Positions 11,439 through 20,397 of a stretch of 61,745 bases of DNA are shown in pieces. The first letter of the stretch is position 1. Each line of letters starts with the position of its first letter. The DNA comes from Bacillota bacterium (lineage in GTDB: Bacteria; Bacillota; Clostridia; Peptostreptococcales; Anaerovoracaceae): the NCBI GenBank assembly GCA_029218545.1, contig JAQXRN010000244.1, forward strand, positions 1 to 61,745. The letters are read 5' to 3'. The position numbers and the translations under genes are program-made. The notes under the pieces were generated by a model. It did not search any database. It saw only the letters and a list, made by a program, of their open reading frames with translations, and was not told where the DNA came from.

Positions 11439-11456
11439 GGGGAGGGAGGAATAACA

Positions 11457-14400
11457 ATGAATAAATTCAGATTGAACATTAACGGCAAAGAAGTTAAAGG
11501 CGTTGCCGGTCAAACTATTCTTGAAGTTGCAAGAGAAAATGACATTTTCATTCCAACTCTCTGCTATGATGAAAGAACTAAAATCTACGGTTCCTGTGGA
11601 CTATGTATGTGCGAAGTTGAAGGAAATCCAAAGCTTTGCAAGGCATGTGCAACTGAAATTGCACCTGGAATGGTAGTAAATACAAATACAGAAAGAGTAA
11701 TTGAATCAAGAAAAACCAACCTTGAATTACTTCTTTCAAATCACGTAGGTGATTGCAGACCTCCTTGCGTTTTAGCATGTCCTGCTCAAACAGATTGTCA
11801 GGGATATGTTGGACTAATTGCAAATGGAGAATATGAAGCTGCTTTAGAGCTGATAAAGGAAAAAATTCCTCTACCTGCTTCACTTGGTAGAGTTTGCCCT
11901 CATCCTTGTGAAGAAGCTTGTAGAAGAGGCTTAATCGATGAACCCGTTTCCATTCAGCAGTTAAAGAGATATGCTGCAGACTTGGACTTAGAAGCAGACG
12001 ATGTATTCATGCCTGATTGCGAAGAACCAACAGGCAAGAGTGTTGCAATCATCGGTGGTGGTCCATTAGGACTTTCTGCTGCATACTTCTTGAGAAGAAT
12101 GGGGCATGATGTTACCATCTTCGAAGCAATGCCAAACGCAGGCGGTATGTTAAGATACGGTATTCCTGAATATAGACTTCCAAAGGCTGTATTAGATGAA
12201 GAAATCTTAACAATTGAAAGAATGGGAGCTGAAATCATCACTAATACAAAGGTTGGCGTAGATATTCCGTTTGAAACCATCAGAAATGACTACGATGCAG
12301 TATTACTTGGCATCGGTGCTTGGGTATCAACAGGCGTTGGATGTAAAGGTGAAGATGCTGAAGGCGTAATTGGTGGTATTGACTTCTTAAGAAGAGTTGT
12401 AAGAAACGAAGAAATAAAACTAGGTGATAAGGTTGCTATAGTTGGTGGTGGTAACACAGCTATGGACGCTTGCAGAACAGCCGTTAGACTTGGTGCTAAA
12501 GAAGTATATAACATTTACAGAAGAACAAAAGACGAAATGCCAGCTGATTTAGTTGAAATTGAAGAAGCTGAAGAAGAGGGCGTAATCTTTAAAAACTTAA
12601 CAAACCCAATCGAAGTTGTTGCAGATGAAAACGGACACGTTAAAGAAGTTGTTCTTCAGGTTATGGAACTTGGTGAGCCAGACGCTTCAGGAAGAAGAAA
12701 ACCTGTTCCTGTTGAAGGCAAGACAGAAACATTACCAATTGATACAATGATTCTTGCAATCGGTCAGGCAGTTGATGCATCAATGTTTGACTGTGACAAG
12801 ACAAGAAAGAATGCTATTGCATATGATGAAAAGACATTTATGACAAGCATTCCTGGAGTATTTGCTGGTGGTGACTGTGGTAATGATAAGATTTCCATTG
12901 CAGTTGAGGCTATAGCTGATGCTCAGAAAGTTGCTGAATCAATCGATGCTTACTTGTATGGTGAAATTCTGCAGTACGAAAAACCATATGTAGTAGAAAG
13001 AGATGATATCACAGAAAAGACTTTTGAAGACAGAGAAAGAATGTGCAGACCTGTAATTCCTCAGTTAAGTGCTGATCAGAGAAAGGATAACTTCTCTGAA
13101 GTAATCCCATATGGATTTACTGAAGAACAGGCTGTCGAAGAAGCTTCAAGATGTCTTGAATGTGGTTGTCACGATTACTACGAATGTAAGCTTATAGACT
13201 TTGCAAATCAGTATGAAGTTAAACCTGAAAGATTTGCAGGTGATAAGAACACAATTGAATTTACTGATGAACATCCATTTATTGTAAGGGATCCTAATAA
13301 GTGTATCCTTTGCGGATTATGCGTAAGAGTATGTGACGAAGTAGTAGGTGTTGGTGCATTAGGCCTTGTTAACAGAGGTTTTGATACAGTAGTAAAACCA
13401 AACATGGAAAAACCTCTTTCTGAATCAGGATGTATCAGCTGTGGTCAGTGCGTAAGCGTTTGCCCAACTGGTGCTCTTCAGGAAAGAACTTCCATGATTA
13501 AGGAAACTCCACTACCTACAGAAGTAACTGATACAACATGCTCATACTGTTCAGTAGGATGCAGCTTAAAACTTGAAACCCATGGTGATATGCTTATTAA
13601 AGCAAACCCTGACAAGGAAGGTCCTGTAAACGCTGGTCTTATCTGCGGTAAGGGTAAATGGGGCTTTGATTGCTCAATGCTTGAAGATAAGCTTGAAGAA
13701 CCAGTAATCAAAGAAGCAGGAAGATTCAGAGAGGCTGATTATCATGAAGCATTTGTTTTAGTTGCAAAGAAAGCTCAGACAATCGGTGCTAAATACGGAA
13801 AAGATGCTATAGCTGTTTCAATCTCTGACAGATACACAAATGAAGAAGCATATGCAATTATGTGCATGGCTGATGCTATTGGTGCAAAGGTACTTTGCAT
13901 GAACAACCGCGAAAACGGTTTAGGAAATGTTATCGGTTTAGATGCATCTCCAAATACAATCGATGAATTATATTCTACTAACCTAATAATAAAGGTTGGA
14001 TTCGAAGATAAGGCTTCAAGAGTAATTGCCCTTAAGATGAAACAGGCTGAAGAAGCAGGTGTTAAAGTTGTTGATGTTCCTACAGGTGATAATAACGTTG
14101 ACATCCTTAAGTCAATTGCAAAGGCAATCATCGAAAGTGGTAAAGCTAAGAAAGTTGCCGGCTATGACGAATTTGTTGCATCTTTAGAAAATGTAGCTGT
14201 AACTGAAGAAGCAAAGCAGATCGCAGATGCATACTTAGGTGCAAAGAAGGCTATGATTGTTTACCAGCAGAATGTTCTTTCAGTAGAGGCTGCAACATTA
14301 ATCGGTGATATTGCATTGCTTTCCGGTCACATCGGTTCACCTAGAGATGGTATCTTAATGGTAAGACCTAAGAACAATTCACAGGGCTTAGTCGATATGG

Positions 14401-14921
14401 GTATCGTTGAAGGAAGAGAAGCTCTAGAAGGAGTAAAAGCATTAATTGTATTTGGTGAAAATGTTGACATCGATACTGATGAATTAGAATTCTTAGCTGT
14501 ATGTGATACACATATGACTGAGCTGGCAGCAAAAGCTGATGTGGTACTTCCTGGCACTGGATTTGCTTCAGTTGATGGCACATATACTAATACTGAAAGA
14601 AGACTTCAGTTAGTAGAAGCTGCTATAGAAGAAGGTATTCTGTTCAGCAACTGGGAAATCGCAGTAGAAATTGCTCATATATTTGAAGTTGATTTAGACT
14701 GGGATGGAACTGATGATATTTCTGATGAAATGTCTGATTATGTTGATGAATATAAATATGCTCAGCTTGGTGAAATTTTTGGCGGTGTTCTTGCTCCAAC
14801 TGAAGAAGCTAAACTGGTAGTAGTAGGCGATGCTAAGTTAGTAGATGTTCTGGAAACAACTGACAGCTTGATGCAGGTTATTGAAGCAAGATTACCTGAA
14901 CCGGTTAGTCCTACAAAATAA
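11457..14921 (+). CDS. 1154-aa multidomain iron-sulfur flavoprotein: NuoG-like scaffold carrying a GltD/NfnB-like NAD(P)H:FAD module and a degenerate molybdopterin-oxidoreductase domain
   Basis: Domain order read from the translation:
- N-terminal plant-type 2Fe-2S (TLCYD...GSCGLCMC...CKAC).
- GltD-type Fe-S region (DCRPPCVLACP...GRVCPHPCEEACRRG).
- Two dinucleotide folds (VAIIGGGPLGLSAAYFL; VAIVGGGNTAMDACR; GVFAGGDC).
- 2x[4Fe-4S] (CILCGLCVRVC; CISCGQCVSVCP).
- MopB-type 4Fe-4S (CSYCSVGCS).
- About 460 aa of MopB-like sequence without a Cys/Sec-His catalytic motif. Confidence 0.8.
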   Translation: MNKFRLNINGKEVKGVAGQTILEVARENDIFIPTLCYDERTKIYGSCGLCMCEVEGNPKLCKACATEIAPGMVVNTNTERVIESRKTNLELLLSNHVGDCRPPCVLACPAQTDCQGYVGLIANGEYEAALELIKEKIPLPASLGRVCPHPCEEACRRGLIDEPVSIQQLKRYAADLDLEADDVFMPDCEEPTGKSVAIIGGGPLGLSAAYFLRRMGHDVTIFEAMPNAGGMLRYGIPEYRLPKAVLDEEILTIERMGAEIITNTKVGVDIPFETIRNDYDAVLLGIGAWVSTGVGCKGEDAEGVIGGIDFLRRVVRNEEIKLGDKVAIVGGGNTAMDACRTAVRLGAKEVYNIYRRTKDEMPADLVEIEEAEEEGVIFKNLTNPIEVVADENGHVKEVVLQVMELGEPDASGRRKPVPVEGKTETLPIDTMILAIGQAVDASMFDCDKTRKNAIAYDEKTFMTSIPGVFAGGDCGNDKISIAVEAIADAQKVAESIDAYLYGEILQYEKPYVVERDDITEKTFEDRERMCRPVIPQLSADQRKDNFSEVIPYGFTEEQAVEEASRCLECGCHDYYECKLIDFANQYEVKPERFAGDKNTIEFTDEHPFIVRDPNKCILCGLCVRVCDEVVGVGALGLVNRGFDTVVKPNMEKPLSESGCISCGQCVSVCPTGALQERTSMIKETPLPTEVTDTTCSYCSVGCSLKLETHGDMLIKANPDKEGPVNAGLICGKGKWGFDCSMLEDKLEEPVIKEAGRFREADYHEAFVLVAKKAQTIGAKYGKDAIAVSISDRYTNEEAYAIMCMADAIGAKVLCMNNRENGLGNVIGLDASPNTIDELYSTNLIIKVGFEDKASRVIALKMKQAEEAGVKVVDVPTGDNNVDILKSIAKAIIESGKAKKVAGYDEFVASLENVAVTEEAKQIADAYLGAKKAMIVYQQNVLSVEAATLIGDIALLSGHIGSPRDGILMVRPKNNSQGLVDMGIVEGREALEGVKALIVFGENVDIDTDELEFLAVCDTHMTELAAKADVVLPGTGFASVDGTYTNTERRLQLVEAAIEEGILFSNWEIAVEIAHIFEVDLDWDGTDDISDEMSDYVDEYKYAQLGEIFGGVLAPTEEAKLVVVGDAKLVDVLETTDSLMQVIEARLPEPVSPTK

Positions 14922-14935
14922 TTTATTATTAGCCT

Positions 14936-14966
14936 AAAACTGCCCATATTATGTGGGCAGTTTTTT
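14936..14966 (+). terminator. Rho-independent terminator after the redox operon
   Basis: AAAACTGCCCA pairs with TGGGCAGTTTT around a 7-nt loop, running into a T6 tract. Confidence 0.85.
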
Positions 14967-15052
14967 GTATTATTAACCCATACGTAATATTACATTGATT
15001 TTGAATGATACAGGGTAGATAATTGTAGAAAAAATGAAAGGAAATGATAGTT

Positions 15053-15355
15053 ATGATTCAGATTGAAATGTTAAATGTTGCAGGTAAAGCTGTTCAGGGA
15101 CTTCGTATCCAGGAACCAGGTGGAAACGGTCACCCTAATATGCTTATTCTTCTTTGTGAAAAAGGATATATAATGTGTGGATATCTTAACAAAGAAGCTG
15201 CAGATAAGTTTGAAGATGCTGCAGCTGTAGTAGGTGGAAGCACTTTTGAAGAAATACTTGTTAATCCAGTAAAAGCTGTTACAAAAAAAGCAGAAGAACT
15301 CGGCATTGAAATAGGTATGACAGGTGCTCAGGCAGCAGAAAAGCTCATTGGATAA
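15053..15355 (+). CDS. DUF1805 (YunC-like) domain protein
   Basis: About 100 aa. The core LLCEKGYIMCGYLN...AAAVVGGSTFEEIL is typical of the YunC family. The ATG at 15053, 10 nt after AAAGGA, is preferred over the ATG at 15044. A possible promoter TTGATT(14995)-17-GATAAT(15018) lies upstream. Confidence 0.7.
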   Translation: MIQIEMLNVAGKAVQGLRIQEPGGNGHPNMLILLCEKGYIMCGYLNKEAADKFEDAAAVVGGSTFEEILVNPVKAVTKKAEELGIEIGMTGAQAAEKLIG

Positions 15356-15421
15356 AGTATACATTTGTATATATTTAACAAATTATTTCAAAATGTTTTT
15401 GTAAAAATACACAAAAAACTA

Positions 15422-15450
15422 TTGACATTGAAAATTAATTGGCGTATTAT
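15422..15450 (+). promoter_or_regulatory. Sigma-A promoter of the leu/ilv operon (TTGACA-17 nt-TATTAT)
   Basis: Read directly: TTGACA at 15422-15427, a 17-nt spacer, TATTAT at 15445-15450. Confidence 0.7.
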
Positions 15451-15484
15451 AACCACATAAATATTAAAGGAGAGGAGCAGAAGA

Positions 15485-15559
15485 GTGATGTTTAACATTT
15501 TATTACTCGGATTAGTTATTATTGATAATAATTGCACATCACAAGTATTTTCTGCCTGA
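15485..15559 (+). CDS. Branched-chain amino acid leader peptide (M)MFNILLLGLVIIDNNCTSQVFSA
   Basis: A strong SD AAAGGAGAGGAG (15467-15477) is followed by GTG 15485 / ATG 15488 and a TGA stop at 15557-15559. Eight of nine consecutive codons (ILLLGLVII) encode Leu/Ile/Val. The ORF lies between the promoter and an intrinsic terminator upstream of leuA. Confidence 0.65.
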   Translation: MMFNILLLGLVIIDNNCTSQVFSA

Positions 15560-15591
15560 TTCCGAGTAAACAAACTATGACTTAAATATAG

Positions 15592-15626
15592 CCTTGTTTC
15601 CAGATTGGTGGAAACAAGGTTTTTTT
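15592..15626 (+). terminator. Attenuator (intrinsic terminator) in the leu/ilv leader
   Basis: CCTTGTTTCC (15592-15601) pairs with GGAAACAAGG (15610-15619) around an 8-nt loop, followed by T7 (15620-15626). It ends 25 nt before the leuA ATG. Confidence 0.8.
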
Positions 15627-15650
15627 ATTATAAAAGAAAGGAAATATGCC

Positions 15651-17393
15651 ATGGAAGCGGGAATTAATGACAAAGTAAAAGGAATGAAGAATTATACAAA
15701 ATATGGAATTGGATACTTCATGCCTCCGGTAGAATCAATGAATTGGACAAAAAAAGACCATATTGAAAAAGCTCCAATATGGTGCAGTGTAGATCTTCGT
15801 GATGGTAATCAGGCACTAATTGTACCTATGAGTCTTGAAGAAAAATTAGAGTTCTTTGATTTGCTATGCTCATTAGGCTTTAAGGAAATAGAAGTTGGAT
15901 TCCCTGCCGCTTCAGAAACAGAATATGAATTTTTAAGAGCTCTTATTGAAAAGGATTTAATTCCTGATGATGTTACTATTCAGGTTTTAACTCAGTCGAG
16001 AGAACATATTATTCAGAAGACATTTGAAGCAATAAAAGGTGCAAAAAATGTAATCGTTCATTTATATAATTCAACATCAGTAGCCCAAAGAGAGCAGGTT
16101 TTTAAGAAGAGCAAAGAAGAAATTACAGAAATCGCTTTATTTGGCGCAAAAATGATTGATGAATATGCATCAAAAATGCCAGAAACTAATTTTAAGTTTG
16201 AATATTCTCCTGAAAGCTTCACAGGTACCGAAATAGATTTTGCATTAGATATCTGCAATGCAGTTATTGATGTTTGGAAACCAAGCCCTGAAAGAAAGGT
16301 TATTATCAACCTTCCTGCAACAGTTTCAATGTCAATGCCTCATGTATATGCTTCTCAGATTGAATACATGAGCAATAATCTTAAATATAGAGATGATGTT
16401 ATAGTATCACTTCACCCACATAATGATAGAGGTACTGCAGTTGCAGACTGTGAATTGGGAATATTAGCTGGCGGTGACAGAATAGAAGGAACACTTTTTG
16501 GTAATGGAGAAAGAACAGGTAATGCCGATATCGTTACCGTTGCAATGAATCTTTACTCACATGGTGTAAATCCTGAACTTGATTTTTCAAATATGCCATA
16601 TATTGTTGAAAAATATGAACAGTTTACAGATTTAACGGTTCATCCTAGACAGCCATATGGAGGAAAACTTGTATTTGCAGCCTTTTCCGGATCACATCAG
16701 GATGCAATTGCGAAAGGAATGAAATACAGGGAAGAACATGATTCTGATAAATGGAATGTTCCGTATATTCCTATCGATCCAAGCGATATTAACAGAAAAT
16801 ATGAAGCTGACGTAATCAGAATCAACAGCCAATCCGGCAAGGGTGGTGTGGCATATATCCTTGAAACAGCATATGGACATAAGATTCCAAAAGAGATGCG
16901 TGAAGAATTAGGATATCTGATGAAACATGTATCTGATGTAGGTCACAAAGAATTGTCACACGAAAAAATTTATGAAATATTTACAAAAGAATATGTAAAT
17001 AGAAAAGAAAGAATCGATTTAGTAGATGCAACCTTCAGAAAAATGCCTAATTCAGGTTCATTAGGCGATGGAGGTATGGAAGTAGATGCTGAAATCATAG
17101 TAAACGGCGAAAGAAAATTCTTTACAGGTAGAGGTAATGGACGTATCGATGCTATCAGAGATGTATTTAGAAAAAATACAGGAGCAAATGTATATCATTT
17201 CGTAACATACGAAGAACATGCCCTTGAAGGCGATTCTAACTCAAGAGCAGCCGCTTATGTAGCAATTTCTGATGAAGAAGGCAACATCTATTGGGGTGTG
17301 GGCATTCATAACGATATCGTATATGCATCAATTAATGCATTTACTTCGGCAATCAACAGAGGCGAAGCAGCAAAAGAAAGTTTAGAAAAGTAG
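15651..17393 (+). CDS. leuA: 2-isopropylmalate synthase (long, LeuA type 2 form)
   Basis: WCSVDLRDGNQA and HPHNDRGTAVA motifs plus a C-terminal regulatory domain. The ATG at 15651 is chosen because the TTG at 15594 in the ORF track lies inside the terminator hairpin. Confidence 0.93.
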   Translation: MEAGINDKVKGMKNYTKYGIGYFMPPVESMNWTKKDHIEKAPIWCSVDLRDGNQALIVPMSLEEKLEFFDLLCSLGFKEIEVGFPAASETEYEFLRALIEKDLIPDDVTIQVLTQSREHIIQKTFEAIKGAKNVIVHLYNSTSVAQREQVFKKSKEEITEIALFGAKMIDEYASKMPETNFKFEYSPESFTGTEIDFALDICNAVIDVWKPSPERKVIINLPATVSMSMPHVYASQIEYMSNNLKYRDDVIVSLHPHNDRGTAVADCELGILAGGDRIEGTLFGNGERTGNADIVTVAMNLYSHGVNPELDFSNMPYIVEKYEQFTDLTVHPRQPYGGKLVFAAFSGSHQDAIAKGMKYREEHDSDKWNVPYIPIDPSDINRKYEADVIRINSQSGKGGVAYILETAYGHKIPKEMREELGYLMKHVSDVGHKELSHEKIYEIFTKEYVNRKERIDLVDATFRKMPNSGSLGDGGMEVDAEIIVNGERKFFTGRGNGRIDAIRDVFRKNTGANVYHFVTYEEHALEGDSNSRAAAYVAISDEEGNIYWGVGIHNDIVYASINAFTSAINRGEAAKESLEK

Positions 17394-17408
17394 AAGAGGA
17401 TAATAACA

Positions 17409-18671
17409 ATGGGAATGACAATGACACAAAAAATACTTGCTGATCACGCAAGTTTGGAAAAAGTTCAAGCTGGACAGTTGATTGAGGCAAGATTAGATAT
17501 GGTTCTTGGCAACGACATTACTTCACCTGTTGCTATAAATGAATTTGAAAAAAATGGCTTTACCGGTGTATTTGATAAATCAAAGATTTCTTTGGTTATG
17601 GACCATTTCACACCAAATAAGGACATCAAGGCTGCACAGCAGTGCAAACAGACAAGAACATTTGCAAGAAAATTTGACATAGATAATTTCTTTGATGTAG
17701 GCAATGTGGGAATCGAACACGCATTACTTCCAGAATTAGGTCTGGTAGCTAGTGGTGAATGCATTATTGGTGCTGACTCACATACATGCACATATGGGGC
17801 TCTAGGCGCATTTTCAACAGGCGTTGGTAGCACAGATATGGCAGCAGGTATGGCAACAGGAAAAGCATGGTTTAAGGTTCCATCAGCAATAAAGGTTGAG
17901 CTCACAGGTGAACTTAGCCAGTATGTAAGCGGTAAAGATGTAATTCTTCATCTTATTGGACTAATTGGAGTTGATGGTGCACTTTATAAATCACTTGAAT
18001 TTATGGGCGAAGGGTTAAAATCACTTTCAATGGACGATCGCCTGTGCATTTCAAATATGGCAATTGAAGCTGGTGCTAAAAATGGTATTTTCATGGTTGA
18101 TGAAGTAACTAAAAAGTACATGGAAGGAAGAGTAAATAGAGAGTATAAAGTCTTTAGTCCAGATGATGATGCTGAATATGAGAAGACAATTACCATTAAT
18201 CTTTCTGAATTAAAACCTACAGTTGCTTTCCCGCATCTTCCTGAAAACACAAAGACTATTGACGAAGTTGGTGATGTTAAAATCGATCAGGTTGTAATCG
18301 GTTCCTGCACAAACGGCAGATTAGAAGATATGGCCACAGCAGCTGAAATTCTAAAAGGAAAGAAAGTTGCGAAAGATGTAAGATGCATTGTTATCCCAGC
18401 AACACAAAGTATTTACAAGGAATGCATTAAGAAAGGCTATCTGGATATTTTCATCGATGCAGGATGTGCTGTTTCAACACCAACATGCGGACCTTGTCTG
18501 GGCGGTTATATGGGTATTTTAGCTGAAAATGAAAGATGCATTGCAACTACTAACAGAAACTTTATCGGTAGAATGGGGCACAATCTTTCAGAAGTTTATC
18601 TATCAAACCCAGCTGTGGCGGCTGCGTCAGCTATTACAGGTAAAATAACAGATCCTAAGGAGGTTATGTAG
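17409..18671 (+). CDS. leuC: 3-isopropylmalate dehydratase large subunit
   Basis: 420 aa with the aconitase-family motifs [19 protein letters not shown] and TCGPCLGG. Confidence 0.93.
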   Translation: MGMTMTQKILADHASLEKVQAGQLIEARLDMVLGNDITSPVAINEFEKNGFTGVFDKSKISLVMDHFTPNKDIKAAQQCKQTRTFARKFDIDNFFDVGNVGIEHALLPELGLVASGECIIGADSHTCTYGALGAFSTGVGSTDMAAGMATGKAWFKVPSAIKVELTGELSQYVSGKDVILHLIGLIGVDGALYKSLEFMGEGLKSLSMDDRLCISNMAIEAGAKNGIFMVDEVTKKYMEGRVNREYKVFSPDDDAEYEKTITINLSELKPTVAFPHLPENTKTIDEVGDVKIDQVVIGSCTNGRLEDMATAAEILKGKKVAKDVRCIVIPATQSIYKECIKKGYLDIFIDAGCAVSTPTCGPCLGGYMGILAENERCIATTNRNFIGRMGHNLSEVYLSNPAVAAASAITGKITDPKEVM

Positions 18672-19151
18672 ATGAAAGCACAAGGAATTGTTTATAAATA
18701 CGGTGATAATATTGATACTGATATTATTATCCCTGCAAGATATTTAAATACTTCGGATATGAAAGAACTTGCATCTCATTGTATGGAACCGGTTGACGAA
18801 GATTTTCCTAAAAATGTTAAAGCAGGCGATATCATGGTAGGAGGTTTCAATTTTGGCTGTGGCTCATCAAGAGAACATGCTCCTGCAGCAATAAAAGAAT
18901 GTGGAGTTTCAGTAGTAATTGCTAAATCTTTTGCGAGAATTTTTTATAGAAATGCTATTAACATCGGTCTTGCAATTATGGAATGTCCAGAAGCTGCTGA
19001 GGCAATTGAAGCAGGAGATGAAGTATCCGTTGAATTTGAAACCGGAGTTATAAAAAATATTACAAAAAATGAAGAATATAAAGCAATGCCTTTCCCAGGA
19101 TTCATTGACAACATAATAAAAAAGGGAGGGCTCCTAAATTCACTAAAATAG
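18672..19151 (+). CDS. leuD: 3-isopropylmalate dehydratase small subunit
   Basis: 159 aa with the [14 protein letters not shown] motif. It abuts the leuC stop. Confidence 0.93.
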   Translation: MKAQGIVYKYGDNIDTDIIIPARYLNTSDMKELASHCMEPVDEDFPKNVKAGDIMVGGFNFGCGSSREHAPAAIKECGVSVVIAKSFARIFYRNAINIGLAIMECPEAAEAIEAGDEVSVEFETGVIKNITKNEEYKAMPFPGFIDNIIKKGGLLNSLK

Positions 19152-19170
19152 GAAGGACAATGGTAAGCAT

Positions 19171-20382
19171 ATGTTAACACTAAAAGCGTTTGAAGAGGCT
19201 ACAGAAGTTGTATCAAAGGTTGCAATAGAAACAAAGCTAATCTATAGTAATTATTTAAGCGAACAGACAGGTAATAAAATTTATTTAAAACCTGAAAATT
19301 TACAGATTACAGGTGCTTATAAACTGAGAGGTGCATATTACAAAATCAGCACTTTAACGGATGAAGAACGAAAAAAAGGCTTAGTTACTGCTTCTGCCGG
19401 AAATCATGCACAAGGAGTTGCATATGCTGCTAAAGCATATGGATGTAAAGCAACTATTGTAATGCCTACAACTACACCATTGATGAAAGTCGACAGAACA
19501 AAAAGCTATGGTGCGGAAGTGGTTTTATATGGAAACGTATATGACGAAGCTGCAGCATATGCTGCAAAGCTTTCTGAAGAAAATGGTTATACCTTTATAC
19601 ATCCTTTCGATGACCCTGCAGTAGCAACAGGGCAGGGAACAATTGCTATGGAAATTATTAAAGAATTACCATTGGTAGATTATATTCTTGTTCCGGTTGG
19701 TGGGGGCGGTCTTGCTACAGGTGTATCAACACTTGCTAAACTGCTAAATCCTAAGATAAAAGTTATCGGTGTTGAACCTGCAGGAGCAAACTGCTTGCAG
19801 GAATCACTTAAAAACGGAAAGGTAACTACATTAGATTCTGTTTCAACTATAGCTGATGGTACCGCTGTAAAGACTCCTGGAACAAAGATTTTCCCTTATT
19901 TGCAGAAGGGATTAGATGATGTCATAACAGTAAGTGACGATGAATTAATTGTTTCATTCCTGGATTTAGTTGAAAATCATAAGCTGATTGTTGAAAATTC
20001 AGGACTTCTTACAGTTGCTGCTCTTAAGCATCTTGATGTTAAAGATAAAAAGATTGTTTCAATTTTGAGCGGAGGTAATATGGACATAATAACCATGTCT
20101 TCCGTTGTACAGCTTGGTCTAATTAAGAGAGACAGAATATTTACTGTATCTGTACTTTTGCCAGACAAACCTGGTGAACTTGTAAGAGTTGCATCAATTA
20201 TTGCAAATGAACAAGGTAACGTTATCAAGCTTGAACATAATCAGTTCGTTTCAACAAATCGTACAGCAGCAGTTGAGTTAAAGATAACAATTGAAGCCTT
20301 TGGAACAGAACACAAAAAATCAATTGTTAAATCACTTAAAAATGAAGGATATAATCCAAAACTTATAACAGTACAAATGTAA
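19171..20382 (+). CDS. ilvA: Threonine ammonia-lyase (biosynthetic, single ACT-like domain form)
   Basis: PLP-lysine context ENLQITGAYKLRGA, plus SAGNHAQGVAYAA and GGGGL loops and a C-terminal ACT-like domain. Confidence 0.9.
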   Translation: MLTLKAFEEATEVVSKVAIETKLIYSNYLSEQTGNKIYLKPENLQITGAYKLRGAYYKISTLTDEERKKGLVTASAGNHAQGVAYAAKAYGCKATIVMPTTTPLMKVDRTKSYGAEVVLYGNVYDEAAAYAAKLSEENGYTFIHPFDDPAVATGQGTIAMEIIKELPLVDYILVPVGGGGLATGVSTLAKLLNPKIKVIGVEPAGANCLQESLKNGKVTTLDSVSTIADGTAVKTPGTKIFPYLQKGLDDVITVSDDELIVSFLDLVENHKLIVENSGLLTVAALKHLDVKDKKIVSILSGGNMDIITMSSVVQLGLIKRDRIFTVSVLLPDKPGELVRVASIIANEQGNVIKLEHNQFVSTNRTAAVELKITIEAFGTEHKKSIVKSLKNEGYNPKLITVQM

Positions 20383-20397
20383 AGGACAGGTAGACAA

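Noticed and set aside
11457-14921. Annotating the 1154-aa protein as formate dehydrogenase alpha subunit, or as glutamate synthase.
   Set aside because: - The MopB-like part is truncated (about 460 aa).
- It lacks the Cys/Sec-His catalytic motif and the C-terminal cap domain, as in NuoG.
- The GltD-like part is only the small-subunit-type NAD(P)H/FAD module, with no GltB partner nearby.
15455-15630. A T-box riboswitch upstream of leuA, as in B. subtilis ilv-leu.
   Set aside because: - The leader is short (about 170 nt).
- I could not find the conserved T-box 14-mer (…GGGUGGUACCGCG…) or a Stem I with specifier-loop architecture.
- The region instead contains a strongly SD-driven, BCAA-codon-rich mini-ORF.
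- The UGGU in the terminator loop is not in an antiterminator bulge context.

This should still be confirmed with cmsearch.
15594-15650. The ORF-track start (TTG 15594) that would extend LeuA by 19 aa (MFPDWWKQGFFIIKERKYA).
   Set aside because: The extension is the translation of the attenuator hairpin and its T-tract. The ATG at 15651 gives a normal long-form LeuA N-terminus.
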